IMG/VR virus record: IMGVR_UViG_3300016484_000374
Span: 1-27,351 of that record
Direction: 5' to 3' (one strand)
From: a virus
Lineage: Duplodnaviria; Caudoviricetes
Length of the DNA: 27,351 bases
The notes under the pieces were generated by a model that had not been told where the DNA came from, made no database searches, and was given only the letters and a program-made list of their open reading frames with translations. Within the stretch, counting starts at the first letter, position 1. Each line of letters starts with the position of its first letter. Position numbers and translations under genes: made by a program. Shown here in pieces: positions 16,849-26,257 of this stretch.

Positions 16849-17361
16849 ATGACTATTTATTTTAACGGCAAAGAATACAAAATTGAATTGCAATCCATTT
16901 TGTCGCAGAAACTATACAATGAAGTCACACCATTATTGAATGAACTTGAAAGGTCACAGGGCGCACAAAGTGCTTATGAAACTTTATTGCAAAAAAGAAT
17001 TCTTGGTGATGAATATTTCAAAGGCAAAATCAATTTGTTGGAAGGCGCAAATGCGTGGGCATCAATTCAAAATGATTTCAGATTGCAGGAAATTGTTGCA
17101 GAAGTTGTATTGACAATTCGTGAAAATATCTTTGAACATATTTCATTGAATGAACAAACAATTGGCATCATATTCAACATGCTGAAAATTTGTATCAATT
17201 GGAAAAAGGTAGAAGCACAATATCCTGATGCTGAATTTTTGTCAGCACTCAAATCTGAATCATCATCAGAATTTTGGCAGGAGCAGGATTTGAATTCCAT
17301 CCTTGAGCAGTTGAAATTTTTTCGTGCAAATGTATTGGCAAGAATCAAGACAAGTTTTTGA
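16849..17361 (+). CDS. Tail assembly chaperone (gpG analogue)
   Basis: Helical 170 aa protein between tube and TMP; ATG 16849 preferred because GTG 16801 lies inside the terminator. Confidence 0.65.
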   Translation: MTIYFNGKEYKIELQSILSQKLYNEVTPLLNELERSQGAQSAYETLLQKRILGDEYFKGKINLLEGANAWASIQNDFRLQEIVAEVVLTIRENIFEHISLNEQTIGIIFNMLKICINWKKVEAQYPDAEFLSALKSESSSEFWQEQDLNSILEQLKFFRANVLARIKTSF

Positions 17362-17605
17362 GATGCTGAATGAATGGGTTGTTTTTAATGACCCTGATGA
17401 TGATAAGTATGTGCAAGATGATGAACCGTTGGCATTAAGATATTTGGATGAATCAATCATTGATGAATATTTTGTTTTTCGAAACATTGCAAATGGAAGC
17501 ACCGTTGAATTCAATCACTTATGGAATGAAGTCAGCAGGTTGCAAATGTATAGACTCTATGCAATGAACCTTACCTATCACAAAGAACCAAACCGGAAAG
17601 GATAA
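17324..17605 (+). CDS. Tail assembly chaperone extension (gpT analogue), probably reached by frameshift
   Basis: Overlaps the previous ORF in the +1 frame, ends 3 nt before the TMP; TTTTTTC at 17317-17323. Confidence 0.6.
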   Translation: MQMYWQESRQVFEMLNEWVVFNDPDDDKYVQDDEPLALRYLDESIIDEYFVFRNIANGSTVEFNHLWNEVSRLQMYRLYAMNLTYHKEPNRKG

Positions 17606-17608
17606 TCA

Positions 17609-20600
17609 ATGGCAAATGACGTGACAATGAAAGTTGGTGTTGACACCAAGGATGCAGAAGAGGGGTTCAAAGATGTCGTGGAAATGGCATCAAAATCAGC
17701 ATCAGATGCACAATCAAAATTCAGTGATATTTTCAAGGGTTCATTTGCGGGTGGATTTGCAGCGGATTTTGCAGGTGATATCAAAAACACTTTGATGCAA
17801 GGTGTATCAGCAGCGGTTGATGCAGGAAACAATTTTGAAAAAGCATTGCAATCTGTTTCCGCTGTGACAGGTGTGACAGGTGATGGTCTTGACGATTTGG
17901 GGACAAGGGCACAAGATTTGGCATTGCAATTTGGTGGAAGTGCCACAACACAATTGGAAGCATTCCAAACAGTCCTTTCAAAATTTGGACCGGATTTGGC
18001 AAAGACACCTGAAGCACTTGGCACTGTTGCTGAATCAGTGAATGTGTTAGGTAAGGCAGCAGGATTGGATGCAAAGCAATCAGTTGATGCACTATCAAAT
18101 GCCATGTTGCAATTTGGTGTTGATGCATCAGACCCTGCAAAACTTGCACAGGAATCAGGTCGATTCATCAATGTATTGGCAGCATCAGCAAAGGTTGGTG
18201 CAGCGGAAATTCCACAGGTATCAGAAGCCATATTGCAAGCAGGTGTTGCTGCAAAAGGTGCAGGACTTTCATTTGAAGAAACAAATGCAGCCATTCAAGG
18301 TTTGGCGGTTGGTGGCAAAGTTGGAAGTGAAGCAGGTGTTGCACTTAGGAATGTGATTGGTAAATTGATTGATGGTGGTGGTGAGCAGAAAAAGGTTTTG
18401 GAATCTGTTGGACTTTCATACAAGCAATTAGGCACAGCATTGACAACGGCACAGGAAGATGGCGGTGGTCTTGCGGCAGCATTGGAAATGCTGAAAGGTG
18501 GATTGGACAAAATCAAAGACCCTGCTGAAAAAGCAGCAGCAGCGGGCAAATTGTTTGGTGCTGAAAATGCAAGTGCAGCAGGTATTCTATTGGACCAAGT
18601 TGACAATATTAAATTGTTCACAGAGGGTGTAACAGGCACGAATGAGGCAACAGTTCAGGCAGCAATCAATCAAGATACATTGGCATCAAGATTTGAAAAA
18701 GTCAAAGCAGCGATTGAAGTCGGATTGATTAAAGCATTCCAAGCACTAACTCCAATTGTGAAATTTGTCTTTGATAATTTTGCAACAATAGCAACATACC
18801 TTTCACCAATTGCAGCAGGGCTTGCAGCCGTTGGTGTTGCAGCATATGTTGCATCGCCATCATTCCTTGCAATGTCAGCGGGCATCAGCACGGCAACAGC
18901 ATCAACAATTGCATGGACAGCAGCACTACTTGTCAATCCTGTATTCATGATTGCGGCAGCCGTTGTTGGTGCGACACTTGGAATTGTTGCATTGGCAGAT
19001 GCAATGTCAACATCAACAGAAGAAAATTTGGAAAATGCTGAATCACAAAAGAAAGTGATTGAAGAGCAAATGAAGTTGAACAAGGAACAGCAACAAGGGG
19101 AAATACAAACCAAATCACTTGTCAATGAATTTCAGGCACTTGCAAGCAAATCAGAATTGACAGCAAAAGAGCAAAAAAGATTGCAGGAAATTCAGGGGGA
19201 ACTTGACAAGAAATATCCAAAATTGATTGACCAAACAAAATCATACAAAGAAAATTTGGATGGTGTTGCAAAGGTTGGTGAAGCAACAACAACGCAATTG
19301 ACTAAACTCAAGAATGAGAATGATAAACTTGAAAAGGCATTTGCACAAACAGCAAGATTGATTGCATATGAAAAACGAAATTTAGCAATACAAGAATTCA
19401 CAGGTGTTGCACCAATTGACACGGCAACATTTGTCAATACAATATACAATGCCAAAAATGAAGATGCTGTATTGAATGCACAAAGAGCATTTTTAGAAAA
19501 GTTGAATGCAAGTGGTGCATCAAATCTTGGTGAAACAACAACAGCATTGCAGAAGGTCGTCAATTCAGCAATTGCAACATTTAAGAAAAAAGCAGAAGAA
19601 CCTATCAAGCCTGTTGTGAAAGTTGAAGATACAACAAAACCAAAACCTGATCCTGATAAAAAGCCAAAACCACCAAAACAAGATGATCCAAGATTGCAAC
19701 AAATTCAGGATGTCATCACAGCGGAAAATGCATTGCAAGAAAAGATACAAGAAACAGCACAGGCAGAAGCGGACAGGCTTACAGGTGGTGTGTTGACAGC
19801 GGAACAGCAAAAGAAATTGTATTCTGATGAACTTGAAAGACTCAAAAAAATATTGGATGCAAAAGGTGAATCAATTGTCTATGATGGTAAGCAATACAAA
19901 TCTATTCAAGAGGTTGGAAATATATCTGTTAGTGCTGATGGCAAAGTGATTTCAGGATTGAAAGGCAAAGCAGGTGAGATTGAAAAGGTAAGGGAAAAGG
20001 CAGCAAAGTTTTATGATGACATTGATGATAAAATCAAAAAGCTCAATACATCACTTGCCAAAATATCAGCAACAGAAAATAAGGAAATATTCAAGACAAC
20101 ATTGGATGCATTGAAAAGCACATCAGAAGAATTGCGTAAAAATGCAACAGAACAATTGACTGTCAAATATGCATTCACTGTTGATGAAAAAGTATATTCA
20201 GATTCCATTGCAAAATTGAAATTGGATTTTGAAACAGCAAACAATGAATTGAATGAAATCAAAATCAATGGCGATGAAAAGCAACAAGCAGACATTGAAA
20301 AGATATTGAGAGATAATCTTGAAAAGCAAAAGACAATTGAAACTGAATATGCAAACATTGTTGAAAGAATCAAGATAGAAAAACAAACGGATGCGGATAA
20401 ACGCCGTTTGGATTTAGCATTGTTGGATTTGAAAATCAAGTTTGAAAAAGAGCAGGAAGAAAACAAAGGAAATTTCACAAAACTCGAAGAATTAGAAACA
20501 GCATACTTAATTGAAAAAGCAAGATTGCAGGAAGAATTCGACAGGCAAAACAATTTGTTGTATGGTGTGCAAATGGCATTGCAAACATCAATGATGGAAC

Positions 20601-21697
20601 AATTCAACATTGGTAGATTGATTGAAGAGAGAGAGGCAGGAAGGGAACTAAGAGAGGAAAAGAAAAAGGCATTGCAGGATGAAGAATCAGACTTGGAAAA
20701 ATCACTTGCAGACAGAACAATATCATTTGAAGAATACCAAGCAAAGATTGCAGAGATTCAACAGAAAAGAATTGATGCAGGATTGGAACAAGAAAATCTT
20801 GGTGAAAGATTATTGCAAGATTTGAAAGTTGGTGGTGACAAAGCAATATCACAGATATTGACAGACCAAGGCAATAAATTGCAGGCACAGGCACAGGAAA
20901 GAGCAAACAAACAAATTGCACTTGATGCTAAGACAAATGAAGCACAAAAAGCACTTGCAGAGTTGAAAGGAAAAGAGGGCACACAGGCATTCATTGATGC
21001 AGAAAAAGCACTTGCAAAAGCACAGGCGGATGCAGCAAAAAATGATGAAGATGTCTATGGATTCAGAACATCTGTCTTAGAAGAATTTGGAGCAAAGGCA
21101 GCAATTCAATTTGCACAATTAGCAGCATCAGGAACGGCAACACTTGCAGATTTTGGGAAAGCATCAGTGCAATTGGCATTTGAAGCATTGCAGAAAATGA
21201 TTCCGATATTCATCACAAATATTGCAGGAAAGGAATTTGCAACAGGCATTGGTGGTATTGCAACAACAGCCGTACTGACAGCAGCATTGTATGGATTATT
21301 TGCAGCAGCACAATCAGCAGCAGGATTCAAAGATGGTGTTGTATCATTGGAAGGCGAAGGTACGGAAACATCAGACAGCATACCGGCATGGCTATCAAAA
21401 GGGGAATCAGTTATCACAGCGCGTGCAACCAAAAACAACATGAATGAATTGAAGTGGATGAATGAAACAGGCTTGCCAATTAGGGAATTTTACAGAATGC
21501 AAATGAGTCACACGACAGTCAATGAGAATGGTGAACTGGTGCATGAAATAAGACAGTTGAAACAAGTCACTGAAAATCTTGGTGTGCAAATTACACGCAA
21601 TACAAAAGTTGATGTTCATGGTGTTTTGCATGCTGATGGCAATTCCATCACAGCAATGATTGAAGCAAATCGCAAAAAGAATTCAAGGAGATTTTGA
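17609..21697 (+). CDS. Tail tape measure protein (TP901-like core)
   Basis: 1362 aa A/K/E-rich helical protein; GSEAGVALRN motif, hydrophobic segment, C-terminal GF.DG...GTETSDSIPAWLSKGESV motif. Confidence 0.95.
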   Translation: MANDVTMKVGVDTKDAEEGFKDVVEMASKSASDAQSKFSDIFKGSFAGGFAADFAGDIKNTLMQGVSAAVDAGNNFEKALQSVSAVTGVTGDGLDDLGTRAQDLALQFGGSATTQLEAFQTVLSKFGPDLAKTPEALGTVAESVNVLGKAAGLDAKQSVDALSNAMLQFGVDASDPAKLAQESGRFINVLAASAKVGAAEIPQVSEAILQAGVAAKGAGLSFEETNAAIQGLAVGGKVGSEAGVALRNVIGKLIDGGGEQKKVLESVGLSYKQLGTALTTAQEDGGGLAAALEMLKGGLDKIKDPAEKAAAAGKLFGAENASAAGILLDQVDNIKLFTEGVTGTNEATVQAAINQDTLASRFEKVKAAIEVGLIKAFQALTPIVKFVFDNFATIATYLSPIAAGLAAVGVAAYVASPSFLAMSAGISTATASTIAWTAALLVNPVFMIAAAVVGATLGIVALADAMSTSTEENLENAESQKKVIEEQMKLNKEQQQGEIQTKSLVNEFQALASKSELTAKEQKRLQEIQGELDKKYPKLIDQTKSYKENLDGVAKVGEATTTQLTKLKNENDKLEKAFAQTARLIAYEKRNLAIQEFTGVAPIDTATFVNTIYNAKNEDAVLNAQRAFLEKLNASGASNLGETTTALQKVVNSAIATFKKKAEEPIKPVVKVEDTTKPKPDPDKKPKPPKQDDPRLQQIQDVITAENALQEKIQETAQAEADRLTGGVLTAEQQKKLYSDELERLKKILDAKGESIVYDGKQYKSIQEVGNISVSADGKVISGLKGKAGEIEKVREKAAKFYDDIDDKIKKLNTSLAKISATENKEIFKTTLDALKSTSEELRKNATEQLTVKYAFTVDEKVYSDSIAKLKLDFETANNELNEIKINGDEKQQADIEKILRDNLEKQKTIETEYANIVERIKIEKQTDADKRRLDLALLDLKIKFEKEQEENKGNFTKLEELETAYLIEKARLQEEFDRQNNLLYGVQMALQTSMMEQFNIGRLIEEREAGRELREEKKKALQDEESDLEKSLADRTISFEEYQAKIAEIQQKRIDAGLEQENLGERLLQDLKVGGDKAISQILTDQGNKLQAQAQERANKQIALDAKTNEAQKALAELKGKEGTQAFIDAEKALAKAQADAAKNDEDVYGFRTSVLEEFGAKAAIQFAQLAASGTATLADFGKASVQLAFEALQKMIPIFITNIAGKEFATGIGGIATTAVLTAALYGLFAAAQSAAGFKDGVVSLEGEGTETSDSIPAWLSKGESVITARATKNNMNELKWMNETGLPIREFYRMQMSHTTVNENGELVHEIRQLKQVTENLGVQITRNTKVDVHGVLHADGNSITAMIEANRKKNSRRF

Positions 21698-22179
21698 TGG
21701 CAAGATTTTGGGTGAAAATTGAAGGTTGTGATGTTGATACATTCAGCACAGGGCACGCATCATATACTGCAATACAAATTCCAATTTTGGGAATGTTTCC
21801 ATCATTTGAAATTGAATCAAAATCGGATGTGTCAATACAAGGCAGGGAAATTGGACAAAGGAAAATCAGACGTGCATTGGAAGTGCAATGTTTTCCAAAC
21901 AGCACTTGGATGGATAATCCTGTCACATATTTGAACACAGATTCAATCATGTTTCTCTTGGATTCTGTTTTGCAAAGAAAATTTGTCCGATTGAATGCAC
22001 CTGATGCACCGAAAGTATTGCCTGATAGATATCGAGATTCAACAAATTTTCCAAGAACATCGGCATTGATTCCATTTGTATTTGCAAGGTGTGAAATATC
22101 AAATGAAAAACAATGGACATCAGGAAACGAAAGGTTGACATTGACTTGCTATTCACGCGATCTTGCATCAAGGGTTTAA
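21697..22179 (+). CDS. Putative distal tail protein
   Basis: Translationally coupled to the TMP (TGATG); positional. Confidence 0.45.
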   Translation: MARFWVKIEGCDVDTFSTGHASYTAIQIPILGMFPSFEIESKSDVSIQGREIGQRKIRRALEVQCFPNSTWMDNPVTYLNTDSIMFLLDSVLQRKFVRLNAPDAPKVLPDRYRDSTNFPRTSALIPFVFARCEISNEKQWTSGNERLTLTCYSRDLASRV

Positions 22180-22182
22180 TAC

Positions 22183-24009
22183 ATGCCATACAATAGATAC
22201 TATACTGAATTCACTGATGAAAATGATTGGCAATATACATTGTATATTTTGCCATCAAATGCAAATGCCGGTGTGAATCAGACAAATCTTTCAACATTGA
22301 CATCATTCAATTTGATTGAATTGCCTGATGATTTTTTGATGCGAAGTGGATTGACAATTGAAACGGAACTTGGTGAAATTCCTGCAGGTCTTTTTTCTCA
22401 AGTTATGTCTATCAATGTCAACATTGCATCATTGCAAGGAACAAATGCATTTGATGAATTGCGTGAATGCTTATTGCGTGGCACTGTTCAAAATGCACCT
22501 GTTTACAAATCAGATGGGATATCGAATCAACAAAGCAATGCAATATCATTTGCAAGATTCAACACATTCATTTTGATGGTGAATGATGGAAGTGGTGCAA
22601 GACCGGTTTTTATAGGATGTCAAAAGTTTTCAGCAGAGAATGAATTGACCATCACAAAGTTGTCAGAAGTTTGCATGATGAAAATTGAATGTTTTGATGC
22701 ATTTAGAAGCATGACAGAACAAATCACAAAAGACAATTGGGCACAGTATCTGTATTTGTCTGATGATTCATATTCAATTGATTATGGCAATTCATATAGT
22801 GCAAAGGCTGATGCAAAATATAAGAGCATAATTGTTGGCAAAGGGTATTATCTTTCACCTGATGCATTGACAGGATATATTGCAATAGATTATGCAATTG
22901 ATAGATTTGATTTCACTGTCAATACATTTGCAAATTTGAAGGCACAATTGGATGTGATGCTGACAGAATTCATGAGAGCATTGACATGGAATATTGCATC
23001 TGTTTGTCAGGTGCCTATACCTTTTGCAAAAGCATGGACATTCTATGCACCAAGAGAAAATGCATCATCTTCATACGGTGGAATAGTGACAAGACCTGCA
23101 TTTGTGAATGAGATTATCAAATGGGAACCAAACAATGCAAGTGGTCGCATTTTGGGTGGTGCAATTGTTGATGATACTGCATTTGGAAAATACAATAATT
23201 TCTATGAAGTTTTTACAGCATTGGTTGAAAATAGTCTTGAGAATTATCGCATTGGATATTCATGGTCTTCTGTCACAGGTGGATTTTCAATGACATATTC
23301 ATCCGATTTCATTAGACCGTTGACAGGAAGTGGAATCACATTCAATGCATCAAATATATTTTCAGATGTCAAATTCAAGTTATTCCAAGAAACAGTGAAA
23401 AGTGCAGAAGCATCCGTATCAACATTGCAAGGTGAAAAGGACACAAAGACATTCCCATACCAAGAGGGCACATCATCAGATAATGGAAAAGATGTTGAAT
23501 TGATTTTCCATAATTTGCCAAGTGCAACAAACAGAAAAAGCACAAACAGATTGGAAGGTGGAAACAATATAGTATATGAAAGAAATGCTATCAATGCAGG
23601 AATGATTGTATGGAACAATGATGGCACATTAAGAAAAGTAGATACTGAATGCACATTCAAATATTCCAATACTGATGCCATTACATTAAATTATGAAATA
23701 TATGAATCAGAAGGTGACATCAATATACAACAGATAATTGAACAGCAGAATGCAGGATTGCCATTGACTGTTGCAAAAGGAATTGTGCAATCATTAGGTG
23801 ATGCAAAACAATGCGTTGTTGAATTCAAGGCAAAGCATTCATTGGTTGGTTTTGAGGATGTTGGAACAAATTGCACAATCAATTTGAATGACCTGAATCC
23901 ACTTATCACAAAGATATACAATGCAAACACAGGAACGGGAGTTATCACATCGCATAAAGTTGATATCTATTCAGGAACTGTTGACATTTCAGTGAGGATG
24001 TACGGATGA
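22183..24009 (+). CDS. Tail tip/baseplate hub protein (putative)
   Basis: 608 aa beta-rich; YYTEF...Y.L.I N-terminus typical of post-TMP proteins; positional. Confidence 0.5.
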   Translation: MPYNRYYTEFTDENDWQYTLYILPSNANAGVNQTNLSTLTSFNLIELPDDFLMRSGLTIETELGEIPAGLFSQVMSINVNIASLQGTNAFDELRECLLRGTVQNAPVYKSDGISNQQSNAISFARFNTFILMVNDGSGARPVFIGCQKFSAENELTITKLSEVCMMKIECFDAFRSMTEQITKDNWAQYLYLSDDSYSIDYGNSYSAKADAKYKSIIVGKGYYLSPDALTGYIAIDYAIDRFDFTVNTFANLKAQLDVMLTEFMRALTWNIASVCQVPIPFAKAWTFYAPRENASSSYGGIVTRPAFVNEIIKWEPNNASGRILGGAIVDDTAFGKYNNFYEVFTALVENSLENYRIGYSWSSVTGGFSMTYSSDFIRPLTGSGITFNASNIFSDVKFKLFQETVKSAEASVSTLQGEKDTKTFPYQEGTSSDNGKDVELIFHNLPSATNRKSTNRLEGGNNIVYERNAINAGMIVWNNDGTLRKVDTECTFKYSNTDAITLNYEIYESEGDINIQQIIEQQNAGLPLTVAKGIVQSLGDAKQCVVEFKAKHSLVGFEDVGTNCTINLNDLNPLITKIYNANTGTGVITSHKVDIYSGTVDISVRMYG

Positions 24010-24737
24010 AATACAATGAACCATTGAGGCCAAAAGGCATTGGCAGAAAACAGTTGGCATTTCCTATCAATCAAAACATCAATGAATTGACAAATGCTGA
24101 AATTGATTTCAATGACAATGAGTCACAGAATTCTGTGAAGCATGAAGCGGAAGCAGTTGGTGCTCGAATTCTTGGACTTGCAAAATCAAGTGCAACAGCA
24201 GCAGCATCGGAAGCACACAAAAGGTCACAGAACTATCCATTTGGAATGATAGGAATCACAGATTTTGCATTGTCAGGGTTGGCAGCGATTACAACAAAAA
24301 CATTGATTCCATTCAGGACAAATAATGTCATCAATGCTAACTATCAATATGATTCAAGGGATAGGATGATATATGTCAATGAAGCAGGGTGGTATTTTGT
24401 GCAATGCTTTTTCTATTCAACAACAGTACAAGGCAATCATGATTATGCATTGTCAATTGAAACAAATGTTGGTGGTGGTGGATTCAATGAAGTCTATACA
24501 CAATTCATGGATTTCAGAAGCACCAACAAACACCCAAATTTGAATGGCACAGCAATTATCAATTTGCCAAATCAGGATTCAAGATTAAATCAGGCAGGCA
24601 GGTATGGATTCAGGATATATTTGCATGGCACAATGGGTTTTGCATCATTCCTGAATTCAAATACGCAATGCACATTGAATGTTTTTAAGTTGGCAGACAT
24701 TTTTGAATCAGATAGATTATTCACAATACCCGTATAA
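24006..24737 (+). CDS. Tail tip protein with C1q/TNF-like C-terminal domain (possible receptor-binding protein)
   Basis: IPF......N..YD.....IYVNEAGWYFV pattern resembles C1q-like heads. Confidence 0.5.
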   Translation: MKYNEPLRPKGIGRKQLAFPINQNINELTNAEIDFNDNESQNSVKHEAEAVGARILGLAKSSATAAASEAHKRSQNYPFGMIGITDFALSGLAAITTKTLIPFRTNNVINANYQYDSRDRMIYVNEAGWYFVQCFFYSTTVQGNHDYALSIETNVGGGGFNEVYTQFMDFRSTNKHPNLNGTAIINLPNQDSRLNQAGRYGFRIYLHGTMGFASFLNSNTQCTLNVFKLADIFESDRLFTIPV

Positions 24738-24742
24738 ACATC

Positions 24743-25240
24743 ATGCCTATATTTTACGCAGGACAAACAGGACAAGAAAAGATACAATCAATATTTGATT
24801 TTGGCACATTGGATACAGTTGCCTATGCATCAGGAGACATATTGACATCATCAGCAATTGCAATTCCAAATGCATCAAGATTTGCAGGTGACACAGGAAC
24901 ATTTTTGAATATTGATTTTGTTGAATCAACATCAGGAACATTGCAAAGACCTGCAATGCGTTTGTGGTTATTTGGACAGAATATCACACCCGCGTCAAGG
25001 AATGCACCACAGGCATTCACTAAAGCACAATTTGATGTTTGCATTGGTTACTTTGATATTGCAAATGCTAATTGGATAAACGGTGGAACAGGCGCGGCAT
25101 TCATTCAGGCAACAGTCAATTTGCCTTATGGATTGCAACCAACATCAACAACAATATATATGGTTCCTGAAGTGAGGGCAGCATATACATTCCACAGCAC
25201 AGCCAAGATCACAGGCACAGCAGTCATTGCATTAGATTAA
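24743..25240 (+). CDS. Hypothetical beta-rich virion protein
   Basis: 165 aa, AYASGD...LWLF pattern; in the late operon. Confidence 0.5.
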   Translation: MPIFYAGQTGQEKIQSIFDFGTLDTVAYASGDILTSSAIAIPNASRFAGDTGTFLNIDFVESTSGTLQRPAMRLWLFGQNITPASRNAPQAFTKAQFDVCIGYFDIANANWINGGTGAAFIQATVNLPYGLQPTSTTIYMVPEVRAAYTFHSTAKITGTAVIALD

Positions 25241-25249
25241 GGGTGTATC

Positions 25250-25432
25250 ATGATAACAGTTACCGATGTGAATGATGGGGCATCAATCATCATTGATGAA
25301 AACGCAATAAGAGCCGTATATGAAATGGAAATATACAGAATGATTGTCATGGCAAATGAAACAATCTATGATGTCACTGAATCATTCAGCACATTAATTG
25401 GTGAATTGCCACCAAATGGTGGGAATGTCTAA
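25250..25432 (+). CDS. Small protein resembling the FlbD family
   Basis: MI.VT..N....I.I....I..V...........V.ES pattern; 60 aa. Confidence 0.4.
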   Translation: MITVTDVNDGASIIIDENAIRAVYEMEIYRMIVMANETIYDVTESFSTLIGELPPNGGNV

Positions 25433-25472
25433 AAATGGTGACAATGTCTAAGGAAATGATGGTAATGTCTAA
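25414..25472 (+). repeat. Three 19-bp imperfect direct repeats AAATGRTGNNAATGTCTAA
   Basis: Copies at 25414-25432, 25433-25451 and 25454-25472. Confidence 0.85.
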
Positions 25473-25491
25473 GAAATAAAAAAAATTTTCG

Positions 25492-25534
25492 TGGCTAACT
25501 TATTCAAATGTAATGAGTTAGCCATTTTTATTTT
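25492..25534 (+). terminator. Intrinsic terminator ending the late operon
   Basis: TGGCTAACTTATT-CAAATGT-AATGAGTTAGCCA then TTTTTATTTT. Confidence 0.85.
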
Positions 25535-25552
25535 GACTATTTGAAAATAATA

Positions 25553-25584
25553 TTTGGAAGTGGTTCGCATATTCCCTATGTTTG
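25553..25584 (+). promoter_or_regulatory. Bacteroidota-type housekeeping promoter (-33 TTTG / -7 TAnnTTTG)
   Basis: TTTG 25553-25556, 20-nt spacer, TATGTTTG 25577-25584. Confidence 0.7.
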
Positions 25585-25625
25585 TGATGTAATAATTGAA
25601 ACACAAACAATATCGGAGCACGGAA

Positions 25626-25838
25626 ATGATGTACAAAGACCAAACAATATGGAACACTCCATTGAGAGCATTTGAAATGTATGTTGACTCAATTGAGAAA
25701 CTTAATTTGTTCAACACATTAGCAGAAGAATTTAGAACAAATTTCAAAATCATGTTGGGTGGCATGTCTGAAAAAGATAAAACCCACTATACATACAGAA
25801 CAGTAATGATGAAAATGTGGTATGATGGAAAAATTTAA
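25626..25838 (+). CDS. Early hypothetical protein (70 aa)
   Basis: GGAG upstream of ATG 25626; follows the promoter. Confidence 0.7.
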   Translation: MMYKDQTIWNTPLRAFEMYVDSIEKLNLFNTLAEEFRTNFKIMLGGMSEKDKTHYTYRTVMMKMWYDGKI

Positions 25839-25843
25839 TTTTT

Positions 25844-25878
25844 TATTTGGAAGTGGTTCGCTTATGTCTTATATTGCA
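25844..25878 (+). promoter_or_regulatory. Second copy of the early promoter
   Basis: TATTTGGAAGTGGTTCGC is identical to 25551-25568; TATATTGC lies 20 nt after TTTG. Confidence 0.6.
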
Positions 25879-25919
25879 TTTGTAATTAAACACACACAAT
25901 AACTTTTTGGAGCAGAGAC

Positions 25920-26204
25920 ATGGAAAGTGCATACATAACAGCAGACATCAATTGCAGAAATGGTGTTGTAATATTATCAGGTGAAATAGTTGAAGTGAGA
26001 GAAAAAGCAGTGAAAATCATATTTGAGATTACACCTGTTTTTTCAAGAGGATGCATGAAGCCTATATATGACAGAACAGCATGGATTCCAAAGAGTCAAA
26101 TCAAACAAATGTTTCTTGATGGGACTGATATACCAAGAGGATATGAGATATCAAGATGGTTTGCAAATAACTGCATGAAAAGTTACAAATTGAAAACAGC
26201 ATAA
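25920..26204 (+). CDS. Early hypothetical protein with WIPKSQI motif
   Basis: GGAG leader; EKAV...WIPKSQI is a small beta-fold motif common in phage early proteins. Confidence 0.7.
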   Translation: MESAYITADINCRNGVVILSGEIVEVREKAVKIIFEITPVFSRGCMKPIYDRTAWIPKSQIKQMFLDGTDIPRGYEISRWFANNCMKSYKLKTA

Positions 26205-26210
26205 TATCCA

Positions 26211-26236
26211 AGGGGCAGGAAACTGCCCTTATTATT
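26211..26236 (+). terminator. GNRA-loop hairpin, weak terminator or stabiliser
   Basis: AGGGGCAG-GAAA-CTGCCCTT followed by ATTATT. Confidence 0.55.
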
Positions 26237-26257
26237 CACAACAATTGGAGCAGAGAC

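Noticed and set aside
17578-21631. Long minus-strand ORFs opposite the tape measure gene and other genes
   Set aside because: Antisense shadows caused by biased codon use (few CTA/TTA/TCA in frame); no recognisable motifs or start signals
25414-25472. Mini CRISPR array
   Set aside because: Repeats are adjacent (0-2 nt apart), have no spacers and no cas genes are nearby
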